Shown here: positions 14,713-29,482 of the stretch, piece after piece
How positions within the stretch are numbered: position 1 is the stretch's first letter
Layout of the letters: the number at the start of each line of letters is the position of its first letter
Origin: the human T2T-CHM13v2.0 reference genome, Homo sapiens
DNA: 64,000 bases
NCBI RefSeq assembly: GCF_009914755.1
Contig: NC_060930.1
Direction: 5' to 3' (one strand)
Translations under genes and position numbers: made by a program
The notes under the pieces: generated by a model
Databases searched by the model: none
Told to the model about the DNA's origin: nothing
Seen by the model: the letters and a program-made list of their open reading frames with translations, nothing else

Positions 14713-15240
14713 CACCCATTCATTTGTTTACTCAAAAGTAATTATTGAGCACTTACTACAAGCCAGGCATTATTCCAAGTATTATGGAGTGTAGGTGTGG
14801 ATACACCAGTCAATGAAACAGACAAAATTTTTTTGTCTTTTCGAAGTTAATAGTCTAGGGTATAGTATACAGTATGATATAACAGATAATGATGGGTGTT
14901 ATGGAGGAAAATAAAGTCAGAAATGAGTTTGATGCATGATTGGGGAACTTCATTTTAAATAGAATATTTGGATTAGACAAAATTAAGTAAATGACATATG
15001 AGGAAAGATATAAATGAGGTAGGGGAGCTAGATTTGTTGCAACTGGAACAGAGTGTACCCAGTGATGGAACAGCAATGGCATGACCCTGAGAAAAGAATA
15101 TGACTTGTATGTTTGATAAACAGCAAGGAAGGCAGTATAGCCCACTGTTAGGAGTGAGAGAAGGAGAGGGTGAGGTATGTGATGTCGGGAATCTAATAAG
15201 GACACATGTGTTTATCCAGTAGGGCCTTGTACTTTAGCTT
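14713..15240 (-). mobile_element. L2 (L2a-like) 3' end
   Basis: cattcatttgtttactcaaaagtaattattgagcacttactacaagccaggca...aacagcaaggaaggcagtatagc. Confidence 0.8.
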
Positions 15241-15881
15241 TAATGAATGGGGAAGGAATTGGTCAGATTGGATAGATTAGTGACATAATTAAATTTTCCT
15301 GAGAAAGTGAAACTTAAACAAATGCATGCATGATAAACATTAGCTAGGGAAAAGAGAGAGGAAAAGCATCCAGGTGGAAGGCAGAACATAAATGAAGACA
15401 TGGAAGCATTCCCTTTAAGGTATGGATTATCCCTTGAAAATGCTGATTTCACTTCATTTCTGTTCAGTGAGTCACCTGAGCAGATACCTAGGTTTTTTGG
15501 TATATTTTTTCTTATGATTATACAGGTTAGCAATCCAGAATAAATTTCCTAGTGAAGGCACTAAGGCAATTAATTAAAGGCAACTAATTAAATAGAGGAT
15601 AATTTTTTAAAAGAACCAACTGGAGAGCCAAAAATGTAGTTGTTACTACTTGGATCAATATAAATCAGTTACATTTTTTTTTCAGTGAAATTGCTGCAAG
15701 CACAAAAATATGACTAATTTCAAATTTGTAACAGCCAAAGCAGCATGTGGGTTTCTAATGACCAAATTATAAACAGCTTATGGGATATCCACATATAGGC
15801 CAATACCCAGAGCTAACTCCATGTTTTGTCTTGTTTTTAATTTTTAGAACCATTAATTGAAGCCTTAGTAAATTTAAGGCA

Positions 15882-15922
15882 ACACACACGCATACACACA
15901 CTCACACACACACACAAACACA
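15882..15922. repeat. Imperfect (CA)n microsatellite
   Basis: acacacacgcatacacacactcacacacacacacaaacaca. Confidence 0.85.
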
Positions 15923-16049
15923 ACTTAATAAGGGAGTTTTAAATAAATCATCTAAGGCCCCAAAAATTATTGTTGAATGGATAAACAAAAACGTCTTTTT
16001 TTGTAGAATGAAAAATACTACATGATTTCAGTCAGATATGGAACCTGAA

Positions 16050-16215
16050 GAAAAAAACAAAAGTAGTATCATAGAAGCAGAGAGTAAAGCAGTTTTTACC
16101 AGGGATTAGGGAAAATTGAGGGGAGAGAAGGGTGGAGAGAGGTTGGTCAGTGAATGTAAAGTTACTATTAGTTAGGAGAAGTAAGTTCTGGTGTTCTATT
16201 ACACAGTAGGAGGAA
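16050..16215 (+). mobile_element. L1MA 3' UTR fragment
   Basis: catagaagcagagagtaaagcag...gagaggttggtcagtg...taggagaagtaagttctggtgttctatt. Confidence 0.75.
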
Positions 16216-16497
16216 TGATACAGTTTGGATATTTGTCCCCGCCCAAATCTCATGATCACTTGCAATCCCCAGTGCCTGAGGTGGGGTCAGATGGGAGGTG
16301 TTTGGATCATGGTTAGTAGATTCCTCGTGGCTTGATGCTGTCTTCGTGATTGTGAGTTCTTGTGAGATCTGGTCATTTAAGTGTGTGGCACCTCCCCTGC
16401 ACTCTCTCTCTCCTACTCCTGCTTTTGCCACGTGATGTGCTGCCTCCCACTTTGCCTTCCACCATGTTTGTAAGGTGCCAGAGGCCTCCCTAGAAGC
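16216..16497 (+). mobile_element. MSTA-type MaLR LTR, 3'-truncated
   Basis: tgatacagtttggatatttgtccccgcccaaatctcatg...gaggcctccctagaagc, then stops. Confidence 0.85.
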
Positions 16498-17650
16498 TTT
16501 CTTTATTCTTTGTTTACATTCTTTCTTCCTTTTTTTTCTGACTATATTTTTTCAAATACTCTGTATTCATTTTCACAGATTCTTGTTATGTTTGATCAAT
16601 TCTGCTATTGATACTTTCTATTGAATTTTTTATTTTGTTCATAGTATTTTTCAGTTTCAGGATTTCTGCTTGATTTTTAAAATTATTTCAATCTCTCTGG
16701 CCACTTATTGTTTTCCTCATTTCACTGAATCATTTCTATGCATTTTTTGAAGTTTAATGACCTTCCTTAAAAACAATTATTTCAAAATCCTTTGTCAGAT
16801 TGTTCATATGACTCCCTTTTTTTTAGCATCAGTCACTGGCACTTTGTAATGTGCATTTGATGATTTCGTGTTTTCTGAATTATTCTTGATCCTTGTGACT
16901 ATGCATTTATACCTGCACATTTGAAGAAGTGCATCATAATTCCTGACTTCCCAGACTGGCTTTGAGAACTTTTTCAGTAGTAATCCCTTTCTTAAATTCT
17001 GGGGAGCCCACCTGGCATGGTCCCTAATCCTGGGACTGCTGTGGTCATTGCCGCACAGGGAGAAACCCTAAGCACTGGGGTATCAGTGGAGTGCAAGGAT
17101 GGAATCTTGTCTCAGGTAGATTGGTGAAGTGCTGGGTCAAGCCCGAAGCACATTGCCATTGAGGCCTGTATGTTACTGAGCATTGTCTGGAGCCCAAGAC
17201 TACTGTAGTCAGCTGGCCCTGATGTAAACTGGAGATTGAATTTGCCTCACAGGGACTATAGGTTCCTGCTGGTGTCAAAATAGGGATGGAGGCTCATTCC
17301 AGGGTATTGGTGTGGGGGTCTGCCCAGTGCTGGCTTTTACTCTGATAGACTGGTGTTAGGGGTTCAAGACAAACTCCTATCCTTATTTCCTCTTTGCCCC
17401 TTAAGTTGGCTGGTAATTCTCTCCATCCTGCACTGCCTGGGTTTAGGGGAGGGGTGACATGGGTAACATAAAATTGTTACCTTTATTGTGTCTTTTCTTA
17501 TTATTGTGCTAAACCAGGTACTGTAATCTGTCACTTGGTTTCCTTAGCTGTTGTGAAGTTTATATGTATGTGTGTTCATGAATATTAGTTTAAATTGATG
17601 TTTCTGTGGAGAGACAATTGCTGAAGAATACTAACTGCCATCTTGCCCCA
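16498..17650 (-). mobile_element. Old L1M 5' UTR/ORF1 region
   Basis: ttgatcaattctgctattgatactttctattgaatt; 5' terminus-like tgatgtttctgtggagagacaattgctg...gccatcttg. Confidence 0.7.
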
Positions 17651-17977
17651 CTTTTTTCTGGGTCTATTTTATTTAACTGATAAGCTTCTCTTCTCTCTTT
17701 CTATTGTGTAGTCCTTCCATGGATTTCTCCTTATTTTAATAAAATTCATTTTTATCAAAACTAAAAATGTGTAGATGGTCAATGAAATACATTTGGTACA
17801 TAAATGCAATTAAATGGGAAAGTATTGAGATAACATATTTTGTATACAGAGATGTAATTACTGTTAATATTCATACTTGATATTATTATATCAATTTTTA
17901 TTTTCCATTTTTCTATATATGTAATTCTTGTAACATTTAAATTTAGAAAGATGTAACAGATCTTTCTAAATAAGATC

Positions 17978-19067
17978 TGTTGGGGGAACCAGCCCCCAAT
18001 ATTTCAACGTAGGTTCTTTTCTATTTTCTCTAAGTGTCGGCCAGTCTGAGAAACAAAGAGAAAGAGTACAAAGAGAGAAATTTTACAGCTGGGCCTTGGA
18101 GGGAGACATCACATGTCGGCAGTTTCCGTGATGCCCACCTGAGCTGCAAAGCCAGCAAGTTTTTATTAGGGATTTCAAAAGGGGAGGAGTGTATGAATAG
18201 GGAGTGGGTCACAAAAATCACATGCTTCATAGGGCAATAAAAATCATAAGGCAAATGGCAGAACAAGATCACAAGGCCAGGGCGAAATTAGAATTACTGA
18301 TGAAGTTCCATGTCCTGCTGGGCATGCCTTGTCATTGACAAACATCTTAACAGGAAAGAAACCAGGTTGGAGAGCAGACAACCAGTCTGACTAGAATTTT
18401 TCAGGCTGGAATTTCCTAATCCTAGCAAGCCTGAGGGCACTGCAGGAGACCAGGGTCTCCTTATCTTCATCCCTTATCCTCAACCACATAAGACAGACAC
18501 TCCCAGAGCGGCCATTTTAGAGACCTCCCCTGGGAACGCATTCCTTTCCCAGGGTTATTCCTTGCTGGGAAAAGAATTCAGCAGTATTTCTCCTATTCGC
18601 TTTCTGCAAGAAGAGAAATATGACTCTGTTCTGCTTGGCCCTGAAGGCAGTCAGACCTTATGGTTATCTCCCTTGTTCCCTGAAAATTGCTGTTTTCCTA
18701 TTCTTTTTTTTAGGATGCCCAGATTTCATATTGTTCACACACACATGTTTTACAAACAATTTGTACAGATAACACAATCATCACAGGGTCCTGAGGCAAC
18801 ATACATCCTCAGCTTACGAAGATGATGGGATTAAGAGATTAAAGTAAAGACAGGCATAGGAAATTATGAGTATTGATTGGGGAAGTGATAAATGTCCATG
18901 AAATCTTCACAGTTTATGTTCAGAGATTGCAGTAAAGAGAGGCTTAAGAAATTACAAAAGTATTAATTTGGGGAACTAATAAATGTCCATGAAATCTTCA
19001 CAATTTATCTTCTTCTGCTGTGGCTTCAGCTGATCCATCTGTTCCGGGTCCCTGACTTCCCACAACA
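17978..19067 (-). mobile_element. MER11 solo LTR (HERV-K11/HML-8)
   Basis: TG...CA ends; reverse complement starts tgttgtgggaagtcagggacccggaac; 6-bp TSD aagatc/aagatt; internal ~90-bp tandem unit near 18835-19010. Confidence 0.92.
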
Positions 19068-19099
19068 AAGATTGAAACATAATAAAATTCCTATTTTTA

Positions 19100-22000
19100 A
19101 TTAACAGAATATCAGCAAAGTTTTAACATTTTATGAAATATTTTTCTGAAAATGCTCTTATTATTCAAGGAATTTGCCATAATTTATTGAAGTAATCCCT
19201 ACTATTAACATATAGTTTTCTTTTTATTCCTATTATAAATAATTATATTGCTAAAATTCTTATACATATATTTTTGTGTGCAAAGTGATTATTTGCATAG
19301 GATATTTTTCAAAGAAAGGTCTTACTAGTCCAGATAGTTTAAATTTTTGGAGTTGGTTGATAAATATTGCCAAATACTCTCCAAAAGGATTACCAATTTA
19401 CATTTATATATGTAAATAGGCAATTTGGAATTATTTATTTGATCTCTTAATTCCAAACTTTGTTAATCACCACCATCTTTATCTGAGCCCTAGATAAAAT
19501 AAACTTTATTTTAATATTAAAATAATACTTTGATTCCTCATTTAATTACAAAGTCCCACTAGCCCAAGTTCAGGGTTGTGCAGTTCTGGCTTTTAGCACA
19601 GCCATGTCCAGGGACTCTTTCTCCATTTCTCTGCTCTGTACATCTCTGCATGAGTCAGTCTTTACAAAACTTCTTTCTGGAGAGCAGGAGCAGCGGTTGC
19701 AGCAAGCTTCATTGTCAAGCCCTCTTAGTTTAGCTAGCCCCGTGGAGAAGAAGCTGTCTTCCTGATGAGTTAAGCCAAACTGAACAAATTTTCAATGCCA
19801 ATTGGCCGTTTATATGTTTCTTTGGGTATCCAACTTTTTATATCTTTTACCTTTTTTTCTATTCTTGTCACTTTTTAATAGTTTAAAATAAATATTACCA
19901 TATTAAAACAATAACCCTTGTATATATGTGCACATGTTTCACTTATTGTGGTTTTCCTTTTATTTCCTTTTTACATGGTTCCTTAAGACATAGATATTCT
20001 TTATATTGTGTGTATAACAGGAAGAAATCTAATATATTTGTGTTGCCAAGTGGCTGTGTTAATATATTTAAGCCATACTTTGCAAATCTATTGATGTTTC
20101 ATAGACGTGTGTCTTTGTGTATGCCTGCACACATAGACCTATGCAAGTTTACACAGACACAATAAGTTTCATATTTTGAGGTGCAAAAAAGAATCAATTG
20201 GAATTGCATTAAATTTGTAGCTTCATTTTTAGAGAGTTAGAAACTCTACGATATTTAATCTTCCTATGCACAAACATGAAATGTTTCTGATGTTTATTTA
20301 AAAATTCTTTTATTACCCCTAATAGGTTGTTATTTTCATTTTATAGGTTTTACTATTTTATTTTAAATGTAGTCATAGGAATTTTAATGTTATTGTGTAT
20401 GATTAAATTATCCAATGAAAATTGTTTTTAAATTATTTATAGTTTTTATGTTGGAAACGATAGCTACTAGCTGTTTTATATCTATTTTAAAACTATCCAT
20501 ATCATTCAACTTTTATGTTGGTCACTTCGTTTTACAGTTGATATTCTTGGGTTTTCATAAGAGATACTCCAAATATGCATAGAATATTTATTCTATTTCC
20601 TTCTTTTCAACAGTTACATTTATTGGATATTTTACTTCTTCTGTTGTATTAGCTAGAATTCCCAAATCTATTTTAAATAATAGGAGTAATATAAACATTT
20701 TGTCTTATTTCTGACTTAAAAAATTATTTGTCAGCTAATTTACCAAAATATTTCTATTAGTAATGAATAATTAATTTTCTTGAATTCATTTTTATGTCCC
20801 TGAAGATCTTTTTTATTTCTTTTTATACCTTTTGACTAATGCAAGTTTTGCATTCCATTTATAGGTTTATACTGGTAGGTATTGTATGATTATCAAAAAC
20901 TATAGCTGATATACTCTGGTTTTATTTTTTATTTGATTGGCATTTATTTAATATAATTGTATTAATATGCACAAGTAACATTGCTTGAAACCAGTGTTTT
21001 CTAACAATTTTTAGCTTTTGAACACTTTGTTCAAATTAAATCCTATTAGAAAATTTGAATATAAGAGGACTAACTTATAAATGTTATAAATAAAAGGGTT
21101 GGGAGAAGGGAGTACTTCTTCCATTTTCTCTTTCTATTCTTTCTCTGTATATGTTCTGAAAAAACATTTATCCTTCTTGTGTATATTTACTAAACTTAAT
21201 TTGAATTTTTAATTGTTCTAACCGTTGCCTTGATTGCTTAACGTTGTTATATTCTTTGTAATTCGAGAAGGAAACTACAGTAAGTCTTCACTTAATGTCG
21301 TCAATAGGTTCTTGGGAACTGTGACTTTAAGCAAAGCTATATATAACAAAACAAATTGTTTTTCTCATCAATGTCACAATGAAACAACACTAAAAACGAA
21401 ATGTTGTTTTTAAAGGACCTACTGGAAGATGTTTTGCTTAAAGTTGCAGTTTTCAAGACCCTATTGATATCATTAAGTGAGGACTTACTGTACTTTAAAC
21501 TGAGCATTTTTATTTAAATATAGTTTGGGATTCATTCTAAACATTTTTGACATACCATTATTTTTTAAACATGTACAATCACAATTTTGTGGTTTGCTTT
21601 TTCAGAAATATTTAAGTTTAAATATTTTCAGGTGGTTGGGTTCTTCATGTTGGTATCTTTAATAATAATTTAAATATAAATACACTCTAATTTTTAAAAC
21701 TTCATTTTCTAGTACTTAAAATTATTTGAATAACTCAGATTCTGTGATTTCTTATTTATTTGTATATCTAGAGGGAAGAAGTAGTGAGGTACAGTCTTCT
21801 ACAACCATATAATTATGTTAATTTCTTCTTCTAAGTTGATGTGTTAGAAGTTTGCTTTTGTTCTATCAATCTTTGTTCAACTTGTGAACTGAAAGTTTAT
21901 GGTATTATATCTGCATTGTAGGTTATACTATCTATAAAAATCAAATGACTGTACCTTTTAATGATTTTTGCCTTTAATTTTATTTTTCTTACATTATTTG

Positions 22001-22450
22001 AGTGACCTAGTTTTCTTTTGTTGTATTTGCATAATCTATTTGCCTCACATTTATCATCACATAATTTATATGTCTGTGTTTTCATATAGCTACACATGCT
22101 TTGCTTTGATTGAGGTTCTTAGCTATATATACTATTTTTAGGTCTACTAGTAATAATATTTACTAAACACATCATTCATCTGATTTATATTTTATTAATT
22201 ATGTTAATCAAGAATGTGTGTTTTGAGTTCCTAATGTATCAATCCAAATATAAAGTATGCCATTTCCTTTTTCTACTGACTCATATTCTTTTTTATTGCT
22301 TTTCATTAATATAATATGGGCTTTAGACCTTTATTATTACTGTTCTCATTTTTTTATTTTGGGATTTTTTTGTTGTTGTTTGCAATTGTTACATATTCAG
22401 TTTTCAACATATTTAAAAACTTCTTACATTTAGTGTCACTGGTTTAAAAA
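19100..22450 (-). mobile_element. Patchy, highly degenerate L1ME ORF2 relics
   Basis: T-rich strand with tgataaatattgccaaat, attggaattgcattaaatttgtag, gatattcttgggttttc, ttttgtcttatttctgactt. Confidence 0.5.
21278..21490. mobile_element. MER6B-type Tigger MITE (palindromic)
   Basis: TA|cagtaagtcttcacttaatg...cattaagtgaggacttactg|TA with ~55-bp inverted ends. Confidence 0.85.
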
Positions 22451-22530
22451 TATCTCTCTGTCTTTCTAATAAGGCATGACTCCCCAATTTTGTCTCATTT
22501 TCCACAGATTTGTATCAACTAGATCATAAT

Positions 22531-24733
<2,203 letters not shown>

Positions 24734-24823
24734 ATAATCATAGGTAAATACATAATCACAGAGTTAAGGTGGATTACATCCTTTTTGTACTTTTGTTAGA
24801 AACAAAAATATGCATAAATATCT

Positions 24824-25275
24824 GTATCACTTGGTTTTAATTTCACATAAATCACTTTAAACTTGGGGACTTAAAGGTACGTAAGCTGATGATTTTCCTA
24901 GGGATTATTCAGGTGCAGGTGATCTAGGCTAGTATCTTTCATCTGGCTAATTGTTGAAGGCTTTACTCACATGTCTTGCAGTTGGTTGGCTGTGGGTTGT
25001 GGCATAGACATGACTAGGACCACTTGTTCCTCATATCCAGCTAGTTAGTCCATACCTCTTATAGAGCATCAGCATTCCATGAGCAGCAAGAGAGGATAAT
25101 CTGCAAGACACAATCGTTTTTTAAATACTTACCTCTCATTCACTGATGTCCCATTGGAAAGCAAATCACAGGACAGGGCACAGAGTCAGATTGAGAGTGC
25201 CCTTAAAGTTCCATAACAAGGGTGATGGTTACAAAGATAGGAATAATTGCTGGCATTTTGTAATTATTCTTCACA
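24824..25275 (-). mobile_element. MLT1-family LTR
   Basis: tgatgtcccattggaaagcaaatcacag...cagagtcag; ttccatgagcagcaagagagg. Confidence 0.6.
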
Positions 25276-26283
25276 AAATCTTTCTGTCTATGATAACTTC
25301 TTTTATGTTACAGAACATTTTACAGCCCAAAACACATTTATCCCTTTTCCTTATTTTGTTCTTTCCTTCTTTAAGGTATTTTGTGACTGTTCATTTACAT
25401 TTGAATTTCTATATACACCCCATCTTGTATATATTATAATTAGTGTTGGTGTATGTTGTTAAATTTCCTTACTGTTTACCTACCTGCTATTTTAGGGCTC
25501 TCCTCAGATCATATGCTGGAAGCCTTGTTGATCTAAATTTACATTTCCTGTATAGCAATTTAGCAAAGTGACTCAAACAGCAAGGGAACCATAGCTCTGG
25601 GCAATTCTAACAGAGGAATTTCATTTCTGCATAGTTTACTTTCTGTGTTGATGAGGTGGTTGCCCTGGGAGCAAGGACGCTGCATTTAGCTTTATGATTG
25701 ACCTCGCTTTCTTGCCAGCTATCCTTGTATCTGTTTCATAGCTAAACTCAATTGCCTTTCTGGAGCATCAGGGAAAACCCCAACCACTTTGTCAGGCATT
25801 GGATAATCCGTTTTCCTCTCTATTCAGATGCTTTTGAATCTGTGTAGTGATAATAATTTCAATTATCATATTCTCTGTCAGGTCTGTGGTCTACTCATGT
25901 TTTGAGGCGTGGATAAATTAGGAAAAGTTAGTGTGATCCTGCCAAGATATCCCATGCTTCCCTGGATGCCACATTGCTTCCATAGAAAATGCAGTTACAA
26001 GATGACCTTATGTTTCTATCTCCATGCCAATCCTATCTGCACCATGGCAGAAAATATTAGAACACCTGCTTGAATTAGGTTCTCTTGTTTTATATTTGAT
26101 CTCTACATGCTCTCAGCCATACCCATGAGTTTATCACCTGTAGTCAAAATAATTATAAATGATTATATTAATTAAATACACTTTCTATTAATGAAGACCT
26201 GGCAACTTGGCATTTCTTTCTATGTGTGTTAAAACCATCACTATATGTTTATACCTAGAATGATATATGTTGTAGATCCTCTA

Positions 26284-26363
26284 TTGGATTGGTACAAAAG
26301 TGATTGCAGTTTTTGACATTAAAAGTAACGGCAAAAATGGCAATTATTTTTGCACCAACCTAA
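26284..26363. mobile_element. MADE1 (80-bp Hsmar1 mariner MITE)
   Basis: TA|ttggattggtacaaaagtgattgcag...caattatttttgcaccaacctaa|TA; 80 bp, palindromic. Confidence 0.92.
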
Positions 26364-26899
26364 TATCTGTACATTTTTTTTCATTTTCATGCTTATATAA
26401 CAGTAGATGGGACAAGGTACCAGATTTCTTCCTTTGAATATCAGTTCTATTTCACAAATCAGAAGCCTAGAAGTTGAGTACATTCTAAACCCTGGCCTCT
26501 CTTCCTTAATGCTTCAAGGCATAGGTAAGCCATGGCAATATTCTATTGATCAGTATGTTCTAAATATTTTTAAACCCTGGCTGATTTCTTCATGTTCATC
26601 ACCACAATCCAAATATATATTCTGTCTCTGCTATACTATATCAACAGTTTCTTAACTGCTTTACTTGAATTTCATTTATTTTAAATCCTACATTTAAAAA
26701 TTATTTTAGTTAGATTTGGTAAAAACTGTTAGTAAATTTTGCTTAAGTGACTTTAATTTTTAACAAATATGTGGTATGCTTTGCTAAATACTGTAGGTTG
26801 CTGGTCATAACACCTTTAATTTGATTCTGGTTCTAACCCATGGTCCACATTTTCCTTTAATTTTTGGCATGGACATCACGAAAACTTAATACTATTTTT

Positions 26900-27290
26900 T
26901 GATCTCCCTGCTTTTGTCTTTGCTCCTGTTCAATTCATTCCCAACACTTCAGCTACGGGCTTCTTGTTAAATGTAATCCAGTTCATGTTAATCCTCTATT
27001 CAAAACTCTCTACTGATTGCAAATTATTCTGAGTAAAACATCAAATTCTCCACCACCAAATACAGGGATGTGCATGGTTGGCTCCTGTCTGAACGCATCT
27101 CCTGTTGCTTCTGTCTTGTATCGTCTGCTCCAGCCACACTGTCTTCTTTGCTGTTTCTTGAACACATCAGGCATGCTCCTGCTTCAAAGGCTTTTCACCC
27201 ACTCTTCCCTCTGCCTGGAACATTGAACCCCAAGACATGGTCTCTCCCTCATTGTCTGTCTTCAGGCTTTAGTCAGCTACCTTTACTCAG
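26900..27290 (+). mobile_element. L2 fragment
   Basis: ctgctccagccacactgtcttctttgctgtttcttgaacacatcaggcatgctcctgc...ccctctgcctggaac. Confidence 0.8.
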
Positions 27291-29047
27291 TGCTCAAAAT
27301 TTTTGGCCATTTTAATTTACCTATGGACTTCATAAGAATATTAGATTGATTTCTTTTGTTTACTGTTAGATCTTTTGTTAAGGTTACTAAATTAAGAAGT
27401 GTGATAGTTATCTAAAATACATCAATTTTTTAAATTATAAATATCAAATGTTTTTCTGTAATTCTGAAATATTAGAAGATTTTCTATGAATACCTTTTAA
27501 AATGGCAATACCTTTTATTTTATTAAAGTTTTTAGCCTGTAAAATGTCACACAGATATGTGTTTCTCTGTAAAACCCAACCAAATTTTCTTAGAGTCAAC
27601 CTTTACCTTCCTTAAGCTCCATTTAATAGAATCTCATCATTTTAACTTCATGCCCTCTTGCACAGATTACTATGTTTCTTAACCAGAAATAAAAACTCTA
27701 AAACTTTCTTCAATCGTTCACTTCATTGTAGTCAAATACAAGATCAAAATGCATTTTATTTGAAAAGGATATAACACATTCTTAATACATATTAAATTTA
27801 TAAGCTTAAAAATTGCTTTGTACAGATATAGAGGTTAGGAAATGAAAACTTAAAGTTTTGCTCTGATATAAACAATTATATAATTAGTATTAATTAGATT
27901 CTATACTGAAGCAAATATATATTTTCCAATATCATAAAAAAGCCATTTGCAATTTTATATTCACATATTTTTATGAAAGACCATATGTAATAGATATATA
28001 AATTATTTTTAACATGTGAAAATTTATACTAGTCTATTATTATCAAAATTCCAGCAAATCTGAAAGTTCTATGAAATATATAAAGCTTAAGTGACAGTTT
28101 TTACTTAGCTAATTTTACTTTATCATCAATCTTTGATACAGATATTAAAACTGGTTTGTTCTGAATAATGAACACTAATGCCAAGAAAAGTAAAGACATG
28201 TACAATGCCAGAAACTAAAGTAAATGAAAAGAGATTTTTATCCTAGAATATAATAGCTTGTATTTTTTATTTTTGATCTTTAAAACAAAATCTCAAAAAT
28301 AATTTATGGTTTTATTTCTTGGCTTTGGGCAAGACTGCATACAGAAATGACCTTCTGTTTTGCTCTGTATTCACTGTAGATTTTCTAGAATATCCGCTGT
28401 TTACTTTGATATGTTTTTCTTCAGATTTTTTTTTTTAGGGAGTGGGAAGTAAACCAGGATTTTTCAATATCTTTCTTATAATCATCTTTTATTTTCTTTG
28501 ATTTTTTTTCTCTTTACAAAAGAAAACAAAAGAGAAAAATTGTTTTTACTTTCTTTCTATATATATCATTTCTAAGTTGGCATTTTATTTTTAAGGTAGG
28601 AATATATAATGTTACATCCAGTTCAATTTAAGCTCTTTGGCACCTTGGTTCTGATGCAAGAAATTAAGTGTGGTGAATATAAAAGCTAGAACATGGAAAA
28701 ATTTCCAAGTGAAGAAAATGACATAAGTAAAGGCAAAACTGTGAGAAATTTTGGACAGATTTGGGCATCCTTAACTGAGCTGCCTTGTATGAATCGAAGA
28801 GGAAAAGCATAAGCATAGACTTGCATGTTAGGATCATGTGAAAAGCCCTGAATGTCACGTTAAACTTTATAGCAAACAACAAAATAAAATGTTTTCAAGA
28901 AGCAGGGATGGGAAAAAAGTATGCGTAGGTTATGTAAAATATTCTAAAGAGTGTGAATGTGGCATTGCAAAAGTGAGTGGGTGCTTTCTCAGTGTATGAA
29001 GGGAAAAGCAGCATAGCAATGCATGGACAAAGACTCAGCTTTCTCTT

Positions 29048-29066
29048 ACACACACACACACACACA
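29048..29066. repeat. (AC)n microsatellite
   Basis: About 9 perfect AC units. Confidence 0.9.
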
Positions 29067-29482
29067 TATTAACACACTGTAAGTTTTTCAATATACCCAT
29101 GTTCAAATATAGATAGAAGAATGTGTTATCATGGCTGGTTAATTTAGCTAAAGGAGAAATTGATTGGAGTTCAACTGTTACTGCAATAATGTTCATAGCA
29201 AACGGCATCAAAATCTCATTGGCTGGCAACAAACAAAATTAGTATTTTCTCACTCACATGTTGGCCAGAAGCAGGGATGACATTTAGATACAGATGTACC
29301 TCAAATGTCTCCTTTATCTCTTTGACTAACACCTTCCTAGTACATGCATTCTCACAGCAAATGGCAGAACCATTATAGGTGCAAATGAGAACAGGCAATA
29401 GCTATTAAGTGTTCAGCTTGGTACTAATCATTTTCTTTCTTCTACACACCTTCCATTGGCCCAAACAAATCATATGGATACC

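Noticed and set aside
18835-19010. ~90-bp tandem duplication
   Set aside because: Intrinsic feature of the MER11 LTR
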